Both the position numbers and the translations under genes were made by a program. A stretch of 64,000 nucleotides of DNA from contig JAMIFM010000011.1 in NCBI GenBank assembly GCA_035906255.1, positions 39,607 through 103,606 of the forward strand, in the 5' to 3' direction. This document shows positions 26,673 through 35,784 of the stretch, piece by piece. The stretch is from Bacteroidia bacterium. GTDB taxonomy: Bacteria; Bacteroidota; Bacteroidia; UBA8524. Every line of letters begins with the position of its first letter. Within the stretch, counting starts at the first letter, position 1. A model generated the notes under the pieces. The model did not search any database. It had not been told where the DNA came from and saw only the letters and a program-made list of their open reading frames with translations.

Positions 26673-27641
26673 TTAGGCTTCCATCATTTCCAATGCCTTC
26701 TTAGCACCCAAGTAGCGCTCGGCATCAAGGGCAGCCATACAGCCAGTTCCCGCAGCGGTAATCGCTTGACGGTACACTTTATCTTGGGCATCACCACAGG
26801 CAAATACACCTTCAATGTTGGTGCGGGTGCTGCCGGGCACAGTTTTAATATACCCTTGTTCGTCTAAATCAATAAAGTCTTTAAATATGTCGGTGTTAGG
26901 TGTATGCCCTATCGCCACAAAGAAACCGTCAATTTTCAGTTCGCGTTTTTCACCGGTAACATTGTTTACCACAATGGCCGATTCAACCACTTGTTGCCCC
27001 ACAATCTCTTCGGTTTCGGTATTAAATAACACTTCAATATTAGGGGTATTCATCACACGGTGTTGCATGGCCTTGCTGGCACGGAAATGGTCTTTACGCA
27101 CCAACATATACACTTTGTTACATATTTTGGCAAGGTAGCTGGCCTCTTCGCAAGCAGTATCACCTGCCCCTACTATTACCACATCTTTTCCGCGATAGAA
27201 AAATCCGTCGCACACGGCGCAGGCACTCACCCCGCCACCCATGTTTTTAAGGTGTTCTTCGCTGGGCAATCCTAACCACTTGGCCGATGCTCCTGTGGCA
27301 ATAATCACGCTTTCGGCCAAAATGGTTTTGTTATTATCTACCACTACTTTGCGGGGATATACTGAAAAATCAACCGAGGTAGCCATACCAAAACGTATAT
27401 CAGCACCCAAACGTGTTGCTTGTTGCTTAAACAACTCCATCATGTGCGGGCCTTCAACACCTGTTGGAAAACCGGGGTAATTTTCAACCTCGGTAGTGAT
27501 GGTAAGCTGACCACCGGGCTGCATCCCTTCATACATTACGGGTTTCATATCAGCGCGGGCAGCATATATGGCCGCAGTATAACCGGCGGGGCCTGAACCT
27601 ATGATAAGGCATTCTACGTGTTCTATATTTTCAGTACTCAT
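26673..27641 (-). CDS. trxB: Thioredoxin-disulfide reductase.
   Basis: FAD site GSGPAG. Redox-active CAVCD. NADPH site GAGDTACEEA. 322 aa. Confidence 0.9.
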   Translation of the reverse strand: MSTENIEHVECLIIGSGPAGYTAAIYAARADMKPVMYEGMQPGGQLTITTEVENYPGFPTGVEGPHMMELFKQQATRLGADIRFGMATSVDFSVYPRKVVVDNNKTILAESVIIATGASAKWLGLPSEEHLKNMGGGVSACAVCDGFFYRGKDVVIVGAGDTACEEASYLAKICNKVYMLVRKDHFRASKAMQHRVMNTPNIEVLFNTETEEIVGQQVVESAIVVNNVTGEKRELKIDGFFVAIGHTPNTDIFKDFIDLDEQGYIKTVPGSTRTNIEGVFACGDAQDKVYRQAITAAGTGCMAALDAERYLGAKKALEMMEA

Positions 27642-27765
27642 ATCCTAAACTACTACAATATTATTTTGGCAAAGATGGGCAAATTTCTTACCAAGCGGTT
27701 AATATTCCAACTTTGTGAAGCAAAAATCCCTTTTTGTGCCATTCGGGTAAACTAATAATGCCTTT

Positions 27766-28332
27766 TTGACGCTTATATTTGTTTTCTTATTTAACTTATG
27801 TATGACAACTACCACTACTGAAACTAAAAAACCCAATATATTCTTGCAGTTTTTGAAAAAAAATTTCCTGACGGTTTTTCTTGTGTTGGCTTTGTTAGGG
27901 GTGTATTTATGGGGAAGTTTTAAGACTAAACGTATTGCCCGTGAACACGAAACCGAAACGGTGAGGTTAATTGAGATGTATAATCATAAGATTGACAGTG
28001 TTACCCTTTCAAATACAATGCTTTCGGTAAAAGCTTTCGGGTGGGCAGTGCGTGGTGAGCTGATGCGGGGAAATATGGAAAATATAGACCTGTTGTTTAG
28101 CAATTTTGTGAAAGAGGCCAACATTGAGCAAATTGACCTTGTGAGCCCCGCAACGATTAATGTTGTTAAATCAACCAATAAAAAAGATGAAGGAATGGCT
28201 ATAACCAATCCCGCTATATTGGGTACTGACAAACAAATTACCCAACCGGCCGATAAAGGTTATAAAATTATCAACCCGATAATGGGGCTTGATACTAAAA
28301 TAGGAATACTGGTGATTACAGTTAGTAAATAA
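27766..28332 (+). CDS. Hypothetical membrane-anchored protein.
   Basis: Single N-terminal TM (FLTVFLVLALLGVYLW). No motifs. The start may be the internal Met at about 27805. Confidence 0.4.
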   Translation: MTLIFVFLFNLCMTTTTTETKKPNIFLQFLKKNFLTVFLVLALLGVYLWGSFKTKRIAREHETETVRLIEMYNHKIDSVTLSNTMLSVKAFGWAVRGELMRGNMENIDLLFSNFVKEANIEQIDLVSPATINVVKSTNKKDEGMAITNPAILGTDKQITQPADKGYKIINPIMGLDTKIGILVITVSK

Positions 28333-28336
28333 CCGT

Positions 28337-30352
28337 TTATTCTTTTATAAACTTTTGGGTGTAACTACCCTTGTTATCTACTGCTTGAATAATGTATAGC
28401 CCTGCGGGCAACGCCTGCAAAACCAACTCATTTGTATTTTGGGTAGATAATACTTTACGGCCTTCGGCATTAAAAACAATAATCCTGTTATATACTTCTC
28501 CGGTTCCGATAGTTATTGCTTCTTTTGCAGGATTAGGATATACAGCCAATGTGTTTGTTTTATTTGCTTGAATGCCCGTTACCACACTTTCAATAGGCAA
28601 ACGCCATACGCCTGCCCCTGAGCCTGCAAACAAAAACGAATCGCTTTGGTGAAATACATTTACCACCAAACCCTCGATGTTTTTGATATAGTTCCATTGC
28701 ATTGATGCGGTATCCCTGAACATAAACCCTGATGTAGTTGAAGCATACATACGGTTTTGTGTGAGCGACAACGAGTTGGCAAACGTAACTCCACCCAAAT
28801 AATAATGGCGAGGCCATACTAATCCATCTTCAGAAATATGGGTATCAATTCCAATTTTCAGCCAAAGTGTACCGTTTACCCTGCGGATAAAGAACACCTC
28901 ACGCCGCGGAATATTGGCAGGATTAACAATCGTAAACGAAAACCCATCGTTATCCGATGAGTAAATACCGCCCGTAGTACCTGCATACACAATTCCGTTA
29001 TCAAAATACAAATCGGTATAATCATAAGGGATAATATTATCGGCATATTTCACCCACACTTGCCCTCGGTTTGGGCTGCGGTATATACCGCCTTTGGTAA
29101 GTGCAAACAGTTGATTACCGATTTTTAACAACCGTAAAATGTTTTTATTACCCAGTCCGTTATTTGACGGTTCCCATAAAAGGTTATTACCTGCCACATA
29201 CACCCCACCTGTATCAGTACCCACAATCAACTTATCGGGATAGGTAGTAAACGAATTAATAACAGGCCACCCAACGTTGCCCACCTCTGTCCAATTATCA
29301 GCCGTCTTTTCAGTACGAAACAGCTTACCAAATGCCGTTGTATATACATACCCGTTTTGCTCCTCAAGATTAGTGATAGTGCCTGTAAGCAATTCATTGT
29401 TCATCGGTTTCCAAGTAATAGCAGCAATGCTACCCCTCAGCAACCCGTGTTTTTGAGTACCCGCAAACTTAATGGCCGCAGGTGTACTAAGAGCTGCATT
29501 CACAGTCATAGCCGAGTCCGTATTAAACTCCCAATCCAGCATCCAAGTTCGCCCTGTATCAAAGCTCTCATACAATCTATACGTATTATATGCAATCAAC
29601 ATCCCATTATGGGCGGTGATGCCTGTAATGTTTTTCACCGTAGTATCAACCGTCCAGTTGTTACCGTTATTTCTCGACACCCAAATACTGCCCCCTGCTA
29701 AAAACAAAGTACTATCAATAATCTCCAACTGAGCGCACTGACTGCAACTGCCTGCAACGCTCACATTTTGCCAGCTTTGCCCCCCATCGTCCGATTTAAA
29801 CAACCCTGCATTATAAGTCAATGCCCAAAACCTTGTGCCGTCGGTTTCCAAGTCCAACACATTGTTATCCAACATTCCGTTGTTGGCTTTCCCCCAACTT
29901 TGACCGTTATCGGTTGAGCGAAATACGCCGTAACTGGAAGTAGCAGCCATTAATACCCCATTGGCCGAAGCAAAAGAGGTGATGGGTTTTTCAATAGGCA
30001 GTCCGCTGTTTATAGCCGTCCAACTGTTGCCCTTATCGGTTGATTTATATACGCCCCGTAATGTAGTAGCCACCAATAACCCGTTGTGATAGCTGAGCGA
30101 ATAAATGGTAAAGGTATTCACTCCGTTGTTAGTGGCTTCCCACGGTGAAAAAGGCTGGTTTGATGCCCTGAAAATCCCGCTGTTTGCCGTACCAATCCAC
30201 ACAACGGTATCGTTGGTGGCAATGCAGGTAACTGTGCCCGCCGGACCATAAAAATCAGGTACAGGGCCTTTCATTCGTTGCCACTGCGCATTTGCAAAAG
30301 TGCTTACCAAACAAAACAGCAGCAAAGCATATAAACGGTATAGGTGTTGCAT
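28337..30352 (-). CDS. BNR/Asp-box repeat beta-propeller protein (sortilin/Ycf48-like) with a T9SS C-terminal domain.
   Basis: Six or more S-x-D-x-G-x-(T/S)-W repeats (STDKGNSWT, STDNGQSWG, SDDGGQSWQ, SRNNGNNWT, SFDTGRTWM, SPNRGQVWV). Signal peptide. C-terminal VYPNPA...GLYIIQAVDNKGSYTQKFIKE. Confidence 0.75.
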   Translation of the reverse strand: MQHLYRLYALLLFCLVSTFANAQWQRMKGPVPDFYGPAGTVTCIATNDTVVWIGTANSGIFRASNQPFSPWEATNNGVNTFTIYSLSYHNGLLVATTLRGVYKSTDKGNSWTAINSGLPIEKPITSFASANGVLMAATSSYGVFRSTDNGQSWGKANNGMLDNNVLDLETDGTRFWALTYNAGLFKSDDGGQSWQNVSVAGSCSQCAQLEIIDSTLFLAGGSIWVSRNNGNNWTVDTTVKNITGITAHNGMLIAYNTYRLYESFDTGRTWMLDWEFNTDSAMTVNAALSTPAAIKFAGTQKHGLLRGSIAAITWKPMNNELLTGTITNLEEQNGYVYTTAFGKLFRTEKTADNWTEVGNVGWPVINSFTTYPDKLIVGTDTGGVYVAGNNLLWEPSNNGLGNKNILRLLKIGNQLFALTKGGIYRSPNRGQVWVKYADNIIPYDYTDLYFDNGIVYAGTTGGIYSSDNDGFSFTIVNPANIPRREVFFIRRVNGTLWLKIGIDTHISEDGLVWPRHYYLGGVTFANSLSLTQNRMYASTTSGFMFRDTASMQWNYIKNIEGLVVNVFHQSDSFLFAGSGAGVWRLPIESVVTGIQANKTNTLAVYPNPAKEAITIGTGEVYNRIIVFNAEGRKVLSTQNTNELVLQALPAGLYIIQAVDNKGSYTQKFIKE

Positions 30353-30455
30353 GGGTCAGTAAAAATAAGGCTTTTACCTATAAGACAGTTAATACGCTCA
30401 AAAAGCTGTACCCGTTTTATTTTTTTACAATCGATTACCAAACCGCCCTTCTTAT

Positions 30456-31290
30456 CGCACCCTTCGACAAACTCTATCCTTAAACAGGCTCAGGATGGCA
30501 GCCGCACTGCTACGTTGTTGGTGGAGTTCCCTTTAGGGATTGAACAGAGCTTGTTGAAATAGAATTTAGGGGCTGTTTGACTCACCCCTGATTTTTGTTT
30601 TGGTCGATTTTCTGATATTCGCCCCTCTCTTACAAAGAGAGGGGAAGTGTTGGGTTATCAGACAAGGTTGATATGTTTTGGGTGAGTTAAATGTTTGTCT
30701 GCCGCACTCGCACAACTATCGTAATTGCGAAAAACCGCTTTTGGGTTTTGAAGCAATCCGTTTGACACCTCCCTTAGTCCCTCCTTACCAGCCCACTAAC
30801 CATCCAAGGAGGGAAACAGCCGCACCCTTCGGCATTCTAAGGATGGCAGCCGCACTGGTACGTTGTTGGTGAAGTTCCCTTTAGGGCTTGAACAGAGCTT
30901 GTCGAAGTATAATTTAGGGACTGTTTGACTCACCCCTGATTTTTGTTTTGGTCGACTTTCTAATATTCGCCCCTCTCGTACAAAGAGAGGGGCGAATATC
31001 AGGCAAGGTTGAGCTGTTTTGGGTGAGTTAAATGTTTGTCTGCCATACTTGCTTCACTATCGTCATTGCGAGGAAGCCTTCTTCGGCTGACGTGGTAATC
31101 TGTTTGCAGGTCAACAGTCCACCGTCAATGGTCAACAGTTTTTTAGTATTTAGATTTTAGTGTTTATACCAACGGATTGCTTCGGAAGACCTCGCAATGA
31201 CGGGGAAGAGCAAGTCCCCACAGGGGGATTTAGGAGTATTGTCATGCTGACGTAGGAAGCAGCTTATCCCGTTTTGATAACACAATTTAA
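30456..31290 (-). repeat. Extended mosaic-repeat array (about 835 bp) in reverse orientation, with a local tandem duplication of the D'-C' modules.
   Basis: 30480-30660 and 30830-31010 are near-identical (caggatggcagccgcactg...ttccctttaggg...tgactcacccctgatttttgttttggtcga...cccctctc(g/t)tacaaagagagggg). They are followed by B', A' and G' fragments. Overlaps the spurious ORFs 30678-30872 and 30344-30562. Confidence 0.8.
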
Positions 31291-31396
31291 CCGCTCTTAA
31301 TCATTACTTTCCAACCGAAGGGTTGAGCCTGTTTGGTATAAAATACGGCACCACTACCCCAAAAAACCGATAATTTAGCGAAAAAAATTTACCACG

Positions 31397-31915
31397 TTGA
31401 AACCCCTGCTTGCTATTATAACTGCTGTTTTTGTAGTTTACGGCTGTACCGATAAGCTTCCGTTGCTCGAAATTAACGCTACGGCAAAGGTTACTGACGG
31501 TAATGCTATCCACAACCTTATACAAACAGGAACATACACCCCGCTTACGGATAGTGCTCAACTGGCTAAGTATCTTAGTGAGGTTGAAACTGCCGATGCC
31601 TTGCAAAACAGTCTTACCAAAACATACAGTTTGTATAAAGATGTGGGCACGATGGACGGCTTTTTGGTAAGGGTATTATTGCTTACTCAAAACAAAAACG
31701 GTAAGGAGTGCTATACCTACGAATTGCGCAGTTATGATAAAGCAGGTAAACTGATTGATGTATTTGAGTTTGCGGTGTGGGACGGTAACGCCAAGCGTTA
31801 TTGCTCATCAACGCTTAGCAAGCAATGGATTATTAACCGTACTTGTGATACTACAAAAGATGTGTGGCAATTAATAAACAACGGGCATTTTGTGGCTTCG
31901 TCCTATAACAAATAA
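31397..31915 (+). CDS. Hypothetical lipoprotein (TTG start as called in the ORF track).
   Basis: Lipobox AVFVVYGC. 172 aa. No motifs. Confidence 0.45.
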   Translation: MKPLLAIITAVFVVYGCTDKLPLLEINATAKVTDGNAIHNLIQTGTYTPLTDSAQLAKYLSEVETADALQNSLTKTYSLYKDVGTMDGFLVRVLLLTQNKNGKECYTYELRSYDKAGKLIDVFEFAVWDGNAKRYCSSTLSKQWIINRTCDTTKDVWQLINNGHFVASSYNK

Positions 31916-32005
31916 TCTTTTATCGAAGGTTTGAGGGCATATACAGATAATTTTTTCGCTCCTCGAGGTTAATTTTTCACTTTTGAAAGTGTAATTAGTT
32001 ACCCA

Positions 32006-33244
32006 TTGAACTTTAAAGATACTTTAAATCTCTCGCTTGACTCGATAAAGATAAACAAGCTGCGCACCGTAATTACCGCACTTATTATTGCTATCGGTAT
32101 TATGGCCTTAGTGGGTATTTTATCTTCTATTGATGCCATGAAGGTGTACTTAACCAAAAGTTTCTCAGAAATGGGGGCTAATACCTTTAGCATCAAAAAC
32201 AGGGGCGGTAACTTTAAAATGGGTGGCCCCGGCAAGCGTATCAATTACCGCAAAATATCGTATGAAGAAGCCGTTGATTTCAGGCAGGCTTATAACTTCC
32301 CTTCGGCCATCGTTTCAGCATCTGTAAACGTATCGTTTGCCAGCACGGCCAAATACCAATCACGTAAAACCAATCCAAACACATTGGTTTTGGGGGTTGA
32401 TGAAAACTACTTAACTGTATCAGGCTACAAAATTTCAAAAGGCCGTAATATTACTATCGGCGATATGGAAGCCATGACCCCTGTGGCTATTATAGGCACT
32501 GATATTGTGAGCAAACTGTTTCCCAACAAAGAAAACCCTATTGATAAAGAAATATCAGTGGGCGGGGTGAAAATGCGGGTAATTGGGGTGCTTGAATCAA
32601 AAGGAAACTCAGTAGGATTTGGCGGTGGAGATAAGCTTATTTATGTGCCGCTTACATTTGCCAAATTTAGGCTGATGAATATGCCTCCCTCTTATGCCCT
32701 TTCGGTAATGGTGAACGACCCTACTATGATTGACCCTGCTATGTCTGAAGCCGAAGGTGTTTTTCGTAAAGTGCGGAAGGTAAATGCCTTTGATGATAAT
32801 AATTTCCAGTTGACGAAAAGCGACGGCTTGGCACAAGAGTTTATTCAAAACCTTAGTATGCTCACCTTTGCAGCTACTATTATTGGGGCAATTACCATTT
32901 TTGGAGCGGCCATCGGTTTAATGAATATTATGCTGGTTACAGTTACCGAGCGTACCCGCGAAATTGGCATCCGCAAATCATTAGGAGCTACCCCTGCTAT
33001 CATCCGCAAGCAATTCTTATACGAAGCCGTAACCATTTGTCAATTGGGCGGTGCAGGCGGTATTGTTTTGGGTATTTTAATAGGCAATATTATTTCGGGA
33101 GCACTGGGCGTAGGGTTTATTATGCCTTGGGCACCCATTGTGATTGCTTTAATACTTTGCACATTGGTTGGACTGGCTGCGGGCTACTACCCTGCCCAAA
33201 AAGCTGCTAAACTCGACCCTATTGAAGCTCTTAGGTTTGAATAA
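32006..33244 (+). CDS. ABC transporter permease, FtsX/MacB-like family (permease only, no adjacent ATPase).
   Basis: N-terminal TM, large periplasmic domain, then the C-terminal 3-TM FtsX bundle (RTREIGIRKSLGA motif). 412 aa. Confidence 0.8.
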   Translation: MNFKDTLNLSLDSIKINKLRTVITALIIAIGIMALVGILSSIDAMKVYLTKSFSEMGANTFSIKNRGGNFKMGGPGKRINYRKISYEEAVDFRQAYNFPSAIVSASVNVSFASTAKYQSRKTNPNTLVLGVDENYLTVSGYKISKGRNITIGDMEAMTPVAIIGTDIVSKLFPNKENPIDKEISVGGVKMRVIGVLESKGNSVGFGGGDKLIYVPLTFAKFRLMNMPPSYALSVMVNDPTMIDPAMSEAEGVFRKVRKVNAFDDNNFQLTKSDGLAQEFIQNLSMLTFAATIIGAITIFGAAIGLMNIMLVTVTERTREIGIRKSLGATPAIIRKQFLYEAVTICQLGGAGGIVLGILIGNIISGALGVGFIMPWAPIVIALILCTLVGLAAGYYPAQKAAKLDPIEALRFE

Positions 33245-33298
33245 CCGCTCAGCTACGCCACCTCTTTACTTTTTGATTTTTAATCACTTATTAGTTAA

Positions 33299-33460
33299 CA
33301 TCAGCATGACAATACCCCTAAATCCCCTGTGGGGACTTTACCAACGACGGGCAAGTGCGGCTGTTTCCCTCCTTGGGTGGTTAGTGGGCTGGTAAGGAGG
33401 GACTAAGGGAGGTGTCAAACGGATTGCTTCAAAACCCAAAAGCGGTTTTTCGCAATGACG
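33299..33460 (+). repeat. Short mosaic repeat copy (A fragment plus E module).
   Basis: tcagcatgacaatacccctaaatcccctgtgggg followed by ...ggctgtttccctccttgggtggttagtgggctggtaaggagggactaagggaggtgtcaaacggattgcttcaaaacccaaaagcggtttttcgcaatgacg. Overlaps the spurious ORF 33168-33395. Confidence 0.75.
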
Positions 33461-33618
33461 AAAATCGAAACACAAGCTCAAATCGAACATCGTTAAATCC
33501 TGAGATTATTTTATTTCCAAAGAAAATTGGCCTTCGAAGTACCGGCTAACTAAAACTAATCCCACTTCTTCAATAAGGAAAATCAAAATAACTTTTAAGT
33601 GTTTCAAATAATTTATAA

Positions 33619-34551
33619 TTGCAACCCAGGAGTTGCACTATGACACCAATATTTGAAGAATTTACCAAAAGTTATTTAATAGCGAAAAAAGAATCGTTTG
33701 CAAACAATGAAACTGCTAATTTATTTAGACACAAATTACCTCAACAAGTAAATCAATTAATCAATAGCAACAGTAGATACAAAATTGCTGGTTCAGTCGG
33801 AAAAGGTAATTGGGCAGACTGCCCTTGGATTGCAATTCTAGATTTGCTAATAACTGATAGCCCACAGTCAGGATATTATCCAGTATTCCTATTTCAGGCA
33901 GACATGAAGGGATTTTATTTATCTTTAAATCAAGGCGTCACTGAAATTAGAAATTACTACAAACACAACACAAAAGAGGTTTTATCTGTAAGAGCTACGG
34001 ATTTTAGGGCTAAAGTTAGTACTGATAATTCTCTTTTGAAGAAAATTGAACTTAACTCTAAAACTGAAAATGCAAAACTATATGAAGCAGGGAATATTTT
34101 TGCCAAATATTATAGCTCAAGTGAGCTCCCTGACAATAAAACCCTTTCCAATGACATACTTTATTTCTTAAACCTATACGATGAACTAATCAATAATGAT
34201 CAAAATATAAATGAAAACGACGAATTAACGGCTTATGAAAGTAAGAAACGTAAATTGCACTATCGGGTTGAAAGAAATAGATATATTTCTTTAAAAGTAA
34301 AAAAGAGAAAGGGATATACCTGTGAAGTTTGTGATTTCAACTTTACAACTAAATATGGTGCTTTAGGTAAAGACTTTATTGAAACTCATCATCTAATACC
34401 TATTTCAACACTAGAACTAGGGAAGTTCAAAGTTAATTTAGCTGATGATTTTGCTGTTTTATGTAGCAACTGTCATCGCATGATTCATAGACTACAAGAT
34501 ACAAGTAATATTAAAGCATTAAGGGCCATAGTTAAAAACAATAGAAAATAA
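33619..34551 (+). CDS. MrcB-N (DUF3578)-HNH nuclease, a type IV (modification-dependent) restriction-like protein.
   Basis: The N-terminal region has the DUF3578/MrcB_N hallmark KIAGSVGKGNWADCPWIAILD. The C-terminus is HNH (CEVCDF...ETHHLIPIS...CSNCHRMIH). The gene is visibly AT-richer than its neighbours. The true start is probably the Met at 33640. Confidence 0.65.
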   Translation: MQPRSCTMTPIFEEFTKSYLIAKKESFANNETANLFRHKLPQQVNQLINSNSRYKIAGSVGKGNWADCPWIAILDLLITDSPQSGYYPVFLFQADMKGFYLSLNQGVTEIRNYYKHNTKEVLSVRATDFRAKVSTDNSLLKKIELNSKTENAKLYEAGNIFAKYYSSSELPDNKTLSNDILYFLNLYDELINNDQNINENDELTAYESKKRKLHYRVERNRYISLKVKKRKGYTCEVCDFNFTTKYGALGKDFIETHHLIPISTLELGKFKVNLADDFAVLCSNCHRMIHRLQDTSNIKALRAIVKNNRK

Positions 34552-34935
34552 CTACCCCGCCAACTCCTCAAACAATTGATTAAGTTTCTTTTCAGGGTTG
34601 GTGCAAAGGCCGGGGTGCACTTTTGAAGTTTGCAATACCGTGCTGCGGTTGGCTGTGAGCCAACGGAACCGTGAGGGTAAATCCAGCTGGGCAATGGGGC
34701 CGCCATCTGCATCGCCGCGACAAACCTTCTCAAATCCTTGTAAATAATTTTCTACTTCCGTAGGTTCAATAACAGGGCAAAAAGCCTTTAAACGGTCGGC
34801 ATCCAGTACATAACGCATTTGTAAAAACTTATGCTTTTTGCAAAACAATATTACCCCCACATTAATAAACTCTTCGCGCTCCACACGGGGCACAATGCGT
34901 ATCACCGCATACTCAAACAAGTGGTTATCTTGCAT
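34552..34935 (-). CDS. DUF3037 domain protein.
   Basis: 127 aa. Conserved N-terminal block FEYAVIRIVPRVEREEFINVGVILF is typical of DUF3037 (recollection). Overlaps the upstream kinase gene by 11 nt. Confidence 0.55.
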   Translation of the reverse strand: MQDNHLFEYAVIRIVPRVEREEFINVGVILFCKKHKFLQMRYVLDADRLKAFCPVIEPTEVENYLQGFEKVCRGDADGGPIAQLDLPSRFRWLTANRSTVLQTSKVHPGLCTNPEKKLNQLFEELAG

Positions 34936-35755
34936 TTTCTGCCTCCTTCACAAAAATATCCGATGCCTGCAAACGTGCGGTTAAAAAACCGTTATATACC
35001 TCACGGCGGCTTTCGGCCGTTTCGTCAATAGTGTTTTCAAGCAACCACTCATCGGGTACTTGTGCCACAATTCCCCTGATGATTTCAGGGGTAAGTATCC
35101 GCCTAAACTCATCATTCACACTTTCAAGTTCAGTCGCTCGGCGCAACAACACATGGTCTTTCACTTGCACAAACGGTTTTTTAGCTTGCTCCTCCCAATT
35201 GTCCCACGAGTGGTGAAAATACAGCGATGCACCGTGGTCTATCAACCACAACTCTTTATGCCACCATAGCATATTGGTATTGCGAGCCGTGCGGTCAACA
35301 TTCGTAAGCAAACTATCCAACCACACAATTTTAGAAGACAATAACGGGTCTATCAGCGTTACCGCAGGGTCGTAGGTCATACTTCCTTGCAGGTAATGTA
35401 CGCCCAAATTCAACCCCTCACTTTTGCGCAGCAATTCTTGTATTTCCTCATCGCCTTCGGTGCGACCAAAATCCGCATCCAAATGGGCAAATACCATTTC
35501 GGGTACTTTAAAACCTAACACTCGGGCAATTTCTCCGCCTATAAAATCAGCAATCAACGATTTCACCCCCTGCCCTGCCCCTCTAAACTTAAGCACATAC
35601 AAAAAATCATCATCAGCCTCGGCAATGGCAGGCAAAGAACCGCCTTCGCGAAGCGGGGTAACGTACCGCACAACATTTACATGGCGGGGAGATGTAAGCA
35701 CTTTTGTCATCACAATAAATTTTTCATCTACAGCGTACTGTGTATGATAAGGCAA
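34925..35755 (-). CDS. HipA-like / PI3-4-kinase-superfamily atypical kinase.
   Basis: Catalytic-loop-like TNVDRTARNTN and IDHG (DFG-like) motifs spaced as in HipA/PI3K-fold kinases. 276 aa. Glycine-rich loop LKFRGAGQG. Confidence 0.5.
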   Translation of the reverse strand: MPYHTQYAVDEKFIVMTKVLTSPRHVNVVRYVTPLREGGSLPAIAEADDDFLYVLKFRGAGQGVKSLIADFIGGEIARVLGFKVPEMVFAHLDADFGRTEGDEEIQELLRKSEGLNLGVHYLQGSMTYDPAVTLIDPLLSSKIVWLDSLLTNVDRTARNTNMLWWHKELWLIDHGASLYFHHSWDNWEEQAKKPFVQVKDHVLLRRATELESVNDEFRRILTPEIIRGIVAQVPDEWLLENTIDETAESRREVYNGFLTARLQASDIFVKEAENAR

Positions 35756-35784
35756 TTTTACTATATTTTGCCCAAGTAAAAGCT

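Noticed and set aside
30456-31290. Considered whether the dense repeated units could be a CRISPR array.
   Set aside because: The units are heterogeneous modules of 60-120 bp, not a single 28-48 bp repeat. The spacing is irregular. There are no unique spacers of uniform length between identical repeats. No cas genes are in the window.
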